DNA of 60,000 bases from Vicugna vicugna (lineage: Eukaryota), in contig MU057887.1 of the NCBI GenBank assembly GCA_013265495.1, forward strand, positions 2,887,576-2,947,575, given 5' to 3'. This document shows positions 50,271 through 60,000 of this stretch, piece after piece. Position numbers and translations under genes: made by a program. The notes below the pieces were generated by a model that was given only the letters and a program-made list of their open reading frames with translations, did no database searches and was not told where the DNA came from. Position 1 is the first letter of the stretch. The number at the start of each line of letters is the position of its first letter.

Positions 50271-51394
50271 GGGCCGGGACAGGGGGCCGGGCTGGGCAGC
50301 GTGAGCAGAGCTGACCACACGCGCCAGACTGTCCACAGAGGCGTCCGCGTCAGGTGCGTGGCCCCGACGTGCGCGAGGCTCGAACCACCTCACTTAGAGT
50401 CCACGTCCTGCTGCCCAGCGGCCGCCCGCAGAGCCTCGCACTGGAGGTGTGGGGCGGGCAGAATGCGAAGTCAGCCCCCAACGCTAACAGCTGACAGTGG
50501 CACTAATGGTAATTAAAAATTAGCACAGAGATGTGCTTTTGGGAGATTGGCGTTGCTGGTGGGTCCCGACCCTTACGCGTCCCCCTAAGCGACGGAGGAC
50601 AAGCACGTCTCACGTCAAATGAAGTCCGTCTCATGGGCTTTTGAGAGAGGAAAGATGCCAGTGCATTGCTTTTCCTTCCTTCTTGATTTACAGATACGTC
50701 CGCTGCATAGACAAACACCCTGTCAGGACTGCTGGCCCGTCAGGCTCCGCTCCCCCGCCCCCCGAGGCAGTGCCTTCATCAATTTCCACACGGGTCCGTG
50801 ACCCCTAATAACAGCTTTGTACTGTAAGCACTTTCCGTACCCTGAAAATTGCATTACATGTTAGAAATATTATCTCCCTGCAGCGAACTATCAGTTAATG
50901 ACGAGCTGAGCAGGTGGAACGCATGTCAGGGAGAGGGCGCGGACTTCACGGAGCAGTTCCGGCCTGGCGGGGCGTGGCCGTGCTGCGCGAGCGGCATCCA
51001 CGCTGGGGGACGTCGGGGCTGCCGTCGGCAGCACGGTGTGGAGACAGACGTGTCGCCCGGGGCACGCGGCAGCTGCGGACGGCGGAGATTCTCACCCGCT
51101 CAGCCGGCCCCCGCGGCCTCCCAGACCCGGTGTGCAGGCGCAGGGGCCTCTGGGTCTCCCTGCGGGTCTCCCTGTGGACAAGCGCAGTGCCTGGCTCAGC
51201 TTTCTTGCTGTGATTTGATGAGCTGGGCTCCTGCTGGGGCCTGAAGCAGGTAGGGGCTCAGCTCATCTCCTGAGAACTGTGTGGGCAGCACCCACCCGTG
51301 AAGGCTCCCGGGGGGCAGGACTAGTCTAGGCTAGGTGCTGGGAAGAAATGGAGATGGGGGAGGGGCTGAGTGGCGGGGCAGAGGGGCTGGCTTA

Positions 51395-51510
51395 AATACT
51401 GCAGTCCTGGAGGGCCTCTCTGAGGAGGTGACTTTTGAGGAAAGTCCCAAAGGAGATGCAAGAGCAAGTCACGTGACTAGACGGGAGGAGGGAGCCCAGG
51501 ACAAAGGGCA
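51395..51510 (-). mobile_element. LINE-2 fragment
   Basis: GGAGGGCCTCTCTGAGGAGGTGACTTTTGAG. Confidence 0.6.
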
Positions 51511-52029
51511 CAGGGGTGTGGGGTGCGGAGGCTTTGGGGAACATGCCCTTTCCCAAGGGCGACAAGACCAGTGTGGCTGGAGGGGGACGGAAGTGAAGGG
51601 GCAGTGACAGCCAGGCAGGTCCTGGGGCACCCAATTTCCTTATTTGTGAGACAATTCACGGCAGGGTCCTGAGCAGGGAACTGACCCAGCTTCATGCAGA
51701 GAATAGGCAGGAGGCGCTGCGGAAATGAGGCAGGAGGCGCTGCGGAAATTAGGCGGGAGGTGAGGCAGCTCAGAGGAGGGGGCGTGAGGACGGCTGGATT
51801 CAGGCGGGCTTCATTCACATGGGCAGGACTCTGAGGTCAGAGAAGGGCTGCAGAAGAGAGAAGACACAAGGAGGATGCAAAGCTTTGGGTCTGGCTACTA
51901 GGGGTCTGATGGGACTGGCTGAAGCCCGACATGAGCTGGGAGCTGGGCAAGGAACCACCTGTCGGGGAGCCAAGAGTGAGGTGCAGATGCCAACAGGTCC
52001 CCGGGGGGGCTGAGCAGGGGCTGTGGACG

Positions 52030-52663
52030 GGGTGAGGACCAGGGTGAGGACCAGGGTGAGGACCAAGGTGAGGCCCAGGGTGAGGACCAGGGCAGGGACC
52101 AGGGTGAGGACAGGTGAGGACAGATGGGGACCAGGAGAGGACAGGTGGGGACCAGATGAAGACCAGAGTGAGGACAGGTGAGGACATGTAAGGACAGGTG
52201 AGGACCAGGGTGGGGACGAGAGTGAGGATGAGGGTGAGGACCAGGTGAGGACAGGTGAGGACCAGGGTGGGGACCAGGGCGAGGACAGATGAGGACAGAT
52301 GGGGACCAGGTGGGGACCAGGATGAGGACAGATGGGGACCAGGTGGGGACCAGGGCGAGCACAGGTGAGGACAGATGGGGACTAGGTGGGGACCAGGGCG
52401 AGCACAGGTGAGGACAGATGGGGACCAGGTGGGGACCAGGGCGAGGACAGGTGAGGACAGGTGGGGACCAGGGTGAGGATAGGTGAGGACAGATGGGGAC
52501 CAGGTGGGGACCAGGGTGAGGACAGGTGAGGACAGATGAGGACCAGGTGGGAACCAGGGCGAGCACAGGTGAGGACAGATGGGGACCAGGTGGGGACCAG
52601 GGTGAGGACAGGTGAGGACAGGTGGACCAGGTGAGGACAGGTGGGGACCAGGTGGGGACCAGG
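52030..52663. repeat. G-rich minisatellite/VNTR of 10-12 bp units (GGTGAGGACCAG, GTGAGGACAG, ATGGGGACCAG, GTGGGGACCAG)
   Basis: Directly visible tandem array of ~630 bp. Confidence 0.97.
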
Positions 52664-54409
52664 CTGTGGAGGAGGCCTCCCAGGACCTGCATTCTGCTCC
52701 CAGGGTTTCCTCACTCATCAGAGACATCTTTCCAACTACCTGGCTGTGCAGCCCAGCTCTGCAGTTTTCAGCACCTGTCTGGCCGGCCCTGCCCCTTGTG
52801 AGGAATGAGCTCTGCTCTGCATCGCCCCCTCCCCCGCCGTGGCCACGGCCTGGTCCCCCCCAGCCTCCCGCTCTGGTCTGCACCCAGATCTGTTATGAGG
52901 GGACTTTCTCTTGGACCTCTTGTACCAGTTACTCCCACATCTGGCTGCTTTGCAGAGAGTTCCCGGGCGGGGTTCGACCCCCCTCCCCCGCTCCGTGTGT
53001 CACTGTCACACTGTTGGGCACGCATCCTGAGCCTTTGCAGAAGCTGCTCCCTTTCCCTGCCATGCACGTCCCTTCCTTTGGTTCCCATGAAGGGACTTTC
53101 CAGGAGCAGCTGCCTGCCTGGCTCTGAGCATCCCATCTCTGCTCCCTGCAGACCGACGGCCATGCCCACAAGCTCCCCAACCCCGGCACAAACGGTGCTC
53201 ATCCGGGGTTTGCGGAAGGAAGGAAGGTACCGGGGATGTAGAGGGTAGGTCCTGCGGATGGGCTGGCTGGGGGCTCAGACCTGCCCTCACCCGCCCAGCA
53301 CCAAGAGGAGACGCAGACCCAGGGCTGGCCAGGAGTCAGGGCGAGTCGGGAGAGACTCGGGATCATGTTAAAGAGGGGACGCCCTGGGTGCTGGTCCTGG
53401 AGGCCAGGTTTCTAAGTTGTCTGCATCTGCGGTTTCCACGCAGCAAGAACCAGGCTGGCTCTGAGGCGAAACTCTGAGATGAATGGAGAGAGGGATCGGA
53501 TTCCGCAGAAAGAAAGAGAGGGCCTGGGGTCACCTGAGAAAGGTCTGCAGGTGTTTCACTAACGCTCTGCGACCCCAGGTGCTTCTTCCCCAGGCGGGCT
53601 CAGCTGGCTGCCGCCGAGCCAGGCGGCTGGGGGTCGGGGGTCCAGAGGAAGAGCAGGGCCCCCAGCCCACCGGGCTCGGCCGCTGGGCTTCACAGCTCCC
53701 GTCTCGGCCCGTGAAGAATGGGGAAGGCTGTTTCTGGTGCTGGAGTGAATTATCCACTGCGGAGCGAACCCCTGCCCTCTGAGTGCCTTTAAGAACACAG
53801 AGGAACTAGAAGGTCCACTTGTTTTCCTTAATATCTGTCCTTCTTTCCCTGTGGGGTCCTGGGAGAGCCGGGCCTCTGCTGCATGTGGCTTTGACCTCCT
53901 CAGCCCCTCCCCACACCGGACGCCCTGGGGGCCTTCCACGCAGCACCTCGGCCCATCCTCGGCCTCCTCCACCCGGGTCCTGTCCTCAGACGCCTGCGCT
54001 CTCACCCTGCCACCCACACCCGCACGTCCTCAGCCTTCCCTGCCCTGGACTTGCCTGCAGACCTCAAAGCTGGAAGGAGGACCCTGCGGGCGGCCCCTCC
54101 ATCCCCCACTGGTCTCTCCCTGCCCCTGCCCCTGCCCCAGCCACTGCCAGGCCCCCAGATGTCTGGTACGCCCCCCACCAGGTGAGAGCCGGGGCTGTTC
54201 TGTCAAAGGGGCGCCCGGTGAGGGTTTGGGGTGAGAGCTCGAGTCCCGGGCTCCCAGCCTGCTGGCCAGCAGAGCGAGTCCCGGGGCCCTCAGGGACGCG
54301 GGGGACTTGCACAAGGTCCTGGTCCCCAGAAGGGAAAAGACGCAGACCTAGCTGAGAGACGGAGCCCGGCTCGGGCGGCCCTGCCTGGAGCTGGTGGAGC
54401 TAGTTCCAG

Positions 54410-55060
54410 GTAAAGTCACTGGAAGTTCAGAAACTTCAGCACAGATCAGAAAACCACCAAAAAGAAAGCTGAGAAGGTCTAAAACTTTTTTTTTTAACGG
54501 AGCCTTTAAGAAGTGAAAAAAAACATCATTTTTTTAAAGAGAGAAAATTGGCAAAAATGGAAGGGACAGCTGCGTAAGTTCCCGAGAAAGAACTTGAAGG
54601 ACAAACACCAAAGGCCATAAACACCATCACTGAACTGCAGTGAGAAGCAAAGGAGCCGGCGGAGGGACAGCAGCTGCAGACAGAACGGCTGAAAAGTTTC
54701 TAAAATTGGCCAAAGACATGGATCCAGCTGCGGGGGACTCAGGATGAAGACAAGAGCGTAAAGAGCAGAGTCTCACACTGAGAAAAGCCCTCGAAGGGCG
54801 ACCTGGCGCGCCCCGGGCTCAGAGCCGGGAGCCTGAGAGCGGCCGGGGAGGAAAGACGCGTCCCCACCGGGTGCCGGCGGGGACAGCAGGAGCCGGAGTG
54901 CGCGGCCGGTGACAGCTCCGAAGGGCTGAAGGGAAAACAGTGAGTCAATACTTCCACATCTAGCGTCAAGAGAAAAGGAAGAAGGAAAAGTATTTTCAGA
55001 CAGAAGCGGAGACTTTCCCACCCAGAAATCCTGGGAGAAGTTTTCCTAAAGCAGAGACTC
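54410..55060 (+). mobile_element. Old LINE-1 ORF1-region remnant
   Basis: A-rich; GGCTGAAAAGTTTCTAAAATTGGCCAAAGACAT and AAAAGTATTTTCAGACAGAA resemble L1 ORF1. Confidence 0.55.
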
Positions 55061-57429
55061 ACGAGCTTTGCTGCAAACACGCGGGGCTCTGAGGCGGCGT
55101 GTGGCCTCCATCGCTATTTTGACCCCTTAAAAGCCCATTTTTCCTGACCAGCCACCCAAAAGACACAGCCAAGCAGAACACAGCTCCTAAGGAGGCGGCA
55201 GGCTGCGTTCGGCCCACGGGCCGAAGTTTTCTGCTGGAAAACAATGGTCTTTAAACAAAAAGACAACTCAAACCGTTGTTGATAGGGGGCAAGGAGAGAG
55301 AGAATTGCCAATGACCAAGAGGTGATTTTACAAATTCAGGCAGATTCCACAGTCGTTTCGCCGACCTCAGACTGTCACGGAACTGATGGATCTGATCAAA
55401 ACTTAAAATAATTCCAGTAACAGTTCATTTTTAATGATTTAATCATCGGTTGGTTCTAATGCTCACACCGTAACCATCTAAGATGGTGTCTAATGCCCGG
55501 GTCCCTCCGACCTGGCCGTTGCTTGCTGGGTAAGGAAACACGGACATCAGGGTAGCCGCGTCCTGACCCTCCCGCACAGGCGCTGGGAGCGGCGGGCGGC
55601 TGGGTCTCAGAGGCCACCGCGCAGGGACAGTCCCACGGCGGCTGGGGCTGCAGCGTCACCGAGGCTGACTCAGTCACACAGCCGCTGACGCACCTGCGGG
55701 AGCGGGCTGGCCCTCCGCTGGGGCTGCCGTGCGACCCCTCCACATCCCCGCCAACACCTGTCATCTTCTGGGTGTTTTAAATCAGCCATCCTCAGGGGAC
55801 TGAGGGGTATGCGTCCCCCCTTTTGTGTCCCGGCTTCAGAGTCGGCGTCCCAGAGTTTCCAGGGACGGGAGCGCGGACCCCTCGTCAGCGGGAGAGCCGT
55901 GCATGTCAGGCTGTGGGCGTGCCGCTGGGGGACATGTGGGGCACACGGCTCCGCGACAGCCTCAAAGAACTGATGCACGCCGGACGAAAAGGTCCCTTCA
56001 TTTCTCATCTTCTGTGTGTGACCACTTTCTCAGTGCTTTAGATTAAAATTTAAAATTAAAAATAAAATGGATGCTGAGTGTCATCTTATTCCAGGAATTA
56101 GTCATCCAGGGGGGCGTGATTTAAATGTGGGGATGAGATGCATTTAAAACCCCTTTTTACGTTTGCTAATCATTTGTCAAATGTAAATGACGTTCATGGG
56201 CTTTTAATCTCGGGTTGTGATAATGATTCTGATCATAACTCAACCTAGAAGAAATTTTAGCATTGAAAGCGCACCAGCCCCTGGACATTAAAAATATCAA
56301 TTGATACACATATTTATTCATGTTATAGTGTGGAATTACGGTGGGACTATCAACAACCTCGGAAGCATAGAATAGATGAGGCTACAATTTAATGGAGGGC
56401 TAGAGTGGAAATACGAAATCAAGGTAATAATTAACTGTTTTGGTTTCAACTTCAACTATCAAACCAGCACTTACTGAAATTGTTACAAAACAGATGCCTG
56501 GTACTCACTGTTGTATGTTTAGGGTTTGACGCAAAAACGTTAATTAACGGTGTAAGAGTTTTGTTTTAATGTCTGACTTGCCATGAAATCACATTTTTGT
56601 GGTTACTTACACTTATGATGACGAATTTTAGATGTCACCATTTCTAAACATTCTAATGTGAAGAATAATATCTAATGTGTAATGTGCATCGTAATTAAAT
56701 TTCATCAAGCAAGCGCCTGGTAACAAGCACCGGGTCACGAGGGACGCGCTCCTGCTCTGAAACCCCGCGACCCGCTCGTCGATCCCACACTCCCACCCCG
56801 GTCCCCATGGCAACCACACTCTTGAATCACGTTTTGCACTGGAGTCACTTACCCCCGAAACGCCACCCCTGCTCGCCGGCACACAGGGGCCTCGGTGGCG
56901 CAGCGCGCGCTGTACCGTGCCGAGATTCTTTCTTCAGAATTCCGTCTGTGAGCCCCTCCGGCGCGGCTGACACCCCCGCGTCCGGGTCCCTTTGCCTCTG
57001 ACGCCTGTGGGTCCTGCACTTGTGTCCGAGAACCCCTTCTCCGCCCCGAATCGTGAGGCTGATCTTCCCTCCTGTTTTCTAGGCGGTTGATTCTTTGTTT
57101 GTCAGCCCACCTGGATTCAGTTTTAAGTGCGACGTGACCGAGGGTTCACGTTCGATTGATCGTCTTCTACACAAACACTCAGCTGTTCCAGCACCGTCTG
57201 TTGAAGGCATCCTCTCTCCGCTGCTTCCCGGAGCCGCTCAAGGACCAGCCGCCACGCACGCGAGACCCACTTCCCGGTTCCGTCCAGCTCCTCTCTGACG
57301 CTGCTTGCTCCATCGCCCCGCTCTCGGAATGACTGCCTGGCGCTTGTGTTCAGGAATCTGCCTGCAGAGCCAGTGCAGAAGTCTGGCCACCGGGCTCTTT
57401 TTTAGGATGATGTTGTCTTATTTTTGACT

Positions 57430-58975
57430 CTGAATTTCCGTAGGCTCCGAGGACGATTTTTCTGACTCTATAAAACCGCAGCCACCCTCTTTTTGCTGCC
57501 TTCGTCCTCTGCTCCTGTTCTATCTTCCATAGTTTTCCTGCCTTCTGTGGTCTTAACTGAACAGTTTATGTAATGTCTTTTCTTAGCATATCTTACTTCT
57601 TTTCTACCTTTTTTAACTGATTGCCTAGTCTGCTGTTTACACTCACGACGGACCCAAGGGCGTGTTTGATTTGTCCCATACCACTCGAGTATCGTCGCCA
57701 ACTCACCTTGCCTGTCTATAAGCATGGATGTGTCTGTAAGGGCTATACGCGAGCATACGCAATCTAACACATCGTCATTATGATTTTTAACAAGTAATAG
57801 ACCCTGTTTGCTATACTCGTATATTTTTAACAAAGGACTTCAGCAATGACGGTCGTCGGTTAGGTCAATTAAAATAAGAAAATACATTTATTTTACTTTC
57901 ACTTAGCCCTTCTCTAATGGTCTTCCTTTCTTTAAATAGATCACTTTCTAAACTATATCATTTTCTTCCTCTCCAAGAACTTTTAACGTTTCCCTTTTTT
58001 TTAAAGGAGGTGCTGGGGATTGAGCCCAGGACCTCGCGCGAGCTGGGCGGGCCCGCTGCCCCTGCGCTGTGCCCACCCTGCCCCTCAGTGTTTCCTGCAG
58101 GGTGTGTCTGCTGGCACAAGTGCCCTCGGACTTGGTTTCTGAGAAGGGCTTTATTCCCTTCACTTCTGGGGCACCAGTGCTCAGCTGTCAGAATGTCAGG
58201 GTGTTACGAGTTTCTTAGTCTCTCGATACTTTGAAACTCCATCCCATTTCCTTCTCGCCTGCATTGTTTCTGAGGGAAAATCAGACGTCATTCTTCTCTT
58301 CGCTCCTTTGTAGACACGACGTCCCTGCCTTTGGCTTCGTTCAAGATTGTTCCCTTTGTCTCTGACTTTCTGAAGCTTCGGTGTGATACGCTTGTTGCAT
58401 GTTTTTTTCGTTTTATTTTGCTTTGTTTTTTGCATTTATTCTGCTTGGTGCTCTTTGCCCTCCCTGGACCTTGGGCTTGGGATCTGGCGTTAATTTGGAG
58501 AAATTCTGCCACTGTTGCTTCGAATATTGTTTCTGTTCCTCTTTCTTCTCCTTCTAGGCCCACATACGTTTTGCCATTTATTGTTATTGCCTTGCAATGC
58601 CTGGATGGTCTTTGGTTCTGTTTCACTCAGCCTTTATTCCGTCTGCTTTTCAGTTTTGGAAGTTTCTGCTGACATCTCCTCCAGGTGGAGAGTCTCTCCT
58701 CCTCCACGTTCGCTGACTAATGAGCCCGTGAAAGATGTTATTTGTTTTTGCTACAGAGGTTTCAGTCTCCAGCGTTTCTTCTCAACGCTTTCTTAGAATT
58801 TCTCTCTGCTTCTTTTTCCCACCTGCTCTGCGTGTTGCCTATTTTTCCATTTAAGTCCTTAGCGTAATAATCCTAGTTGTGTTGTTTTGTTTGTTCTTAA
58901 AATTCTTAACCTGAGAACTTCCCTGCCATATCTGACTCAGTGTCATCAGACCGTGTCTGTGCCTTTTATACACCC
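57430..58975 (-). mobile_element. LINE-1 ORF1 region (old L1M), interrupted by a SINE
   Basis: ORF 58196-58435(-) KLQKVRDK...YKGAKRRMTSDFPSETMQARRKW matches L1 ORF1 KLQKIKDKEKILK...IRITSDFSSETMQARREW. Confidence 0.85.
57995..58084 (-). mobile_element. tRNA-derived SINE, Vic-1-like, GC-shifted
   Basis: T-tract, then GGAGGTGCTGGGGATTGAGCCCAGGACCTCG..., the reverse complement of the SINE head at 32182. Confidence 0.78.
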
Positions 58976-60000
58976 TGTGTGTGTTGCTGTTGTGGCGAAA
59001 GTCCAGAAATAGCAAAACTAAAACCATCACATCAACAAGCAGTATTTAGGACGAGTTCACTGTGCGTACAAGAATGGTTCACAAACTGGGGGTTTTCAAA
59101 AGTAAAAACTGGTGTGAGGCTAGGGGTGCGAAGTTACAGGACGACGTATAAAGCGGGTGTGAGGAAACCGCTCACCCTGTGCAATGGCTGGTCATCGCGG
59201 CGGGCTTCGCAGACCACGGGGAGCCGGCTCAAACGGATGGCCTCATCCCATTTGTAGGAAGCCGAGTTAAGCTTCTCTTATGACTGCCAGAGGCGTTTGC
59301 AAGAAATAACCCAAGTTAGTTTTCCCTTGAGCTCATGGAATTAGCTAGACTTAGCTTGGCGTACATGGCCAAGCCCATGGCGTTGTCTGTTCAGAGAATT
59401 CTCGGAGAATCCACTTTGTGTTTAGCTTTCCCTGTTGAAAGCCGGCCACGCTGTAGGGGCAAGGGGGCTACTGGATAGGCCCTGAGAGAGGTGGGGGTGA
59501 GGTGGGGGTGGGCAGGAGTGCTCCGTGACCCAGTGACCGGGTCTCAGGCTTCTGGTGAGTCTGTGCCCCTGAACTGCGAGCGGCGCTTCTCAGCTTCCTA
59601 CCCCTCAGATGAGACAGGACGACCGGGGGTGGGGGGGCTGGAGGCGGGTGTCTCCCTCTCCCAGGGTGGTTAGGCACTGGTTGACTGCTCCTCCTGGTTG
59701 AGCTTGTTAAGAACAGGATGCTCCGGGCATTTCAAAGTGACCGCTTCCCCTCCTGCTGAGGGCACTCTCCTCCGACGTTCAGCGTGAGGACCTGGTGGCC
59801 CCTGGAGGTGACGCTCACTGTTGTGGGGTCCCTGTGGGACAGGGTCCCCTGGAGTTTCAGCCCTCAGACTTCCCCGCTGAGCCTCCAGCCCTTCGTCACT
59901 GCCTGCTGGGCTCCCCCGCCCGCTTCCTGGATCTGTGCTCTGGTGACGTGAGCCTCTGTGTCTGCCTGTCCTTCCCTCCGACTCTGGGGCGAGGGCAGAA

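Noticed and set aside
52030..52663. CRISPR-like or immunoglobulin switch-like array
   Set aside because: No unique spacers or cas genes, eukaryotic context; units are not GAGCT/GGGGT switch pentamers and there are no Ig exons.
51837..52883. 348-aa and 264-aa minus-strand ORFs with repeated PGPHLSSPVL/VPTWSPSVLTC motifs
   Set aside because: Translations of the VNTR, whose C-rich strand lacks stops in several frames; no gene structure.
56102..56118. CTCF-like word CATCCAGGGGGGCGTG
   Set aside because: The extra G breaks register with the CCASYAGRKGGCR core; weak match.

Overview
Mammalian genomic DNA, very GC- and CpG-rich with a subtelomeric character. It is most likely camelid, from two Vic-1-like tRNA-derived SINEs plus cetartiodactyl-type L1 3' ends. 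The only gene I can support is the 3' end of TAFA5 (FAM19A5) on the + strand. Positions 1-12394 are the distal last intron, the terminal exon starts at 12395 with GTC TCC TGA (Val-Ser-stop), and a ~2 kb 3' UTR runs to AATAAA at 14397-14402. The remaining ~45 kb is gene-poor: old L1/L2/MIR/MaLR/ERVL relics (many strongly GC-shifted), a G-rich minisatellite, an 85-bp N gap and several AT-rich non-repetitive islands that look like cis-regulatory elements. Almost all ORFs in the track are GC-content artefacts or TE remnants. I found no convincing new multi-gene system. The best leads are a 26-bp duplication at the TAFA5 acceptor, a possible readthrough context, an inverted L1 pair, a GC-biased-conversion signature in a young SINE, an E-box/5'-splice-site-rich higher-order VNTR and an AT-rich island at 56 kb. 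Gene and repeat identities rest on recall, not database searches, and repeat boundaries are approximate.
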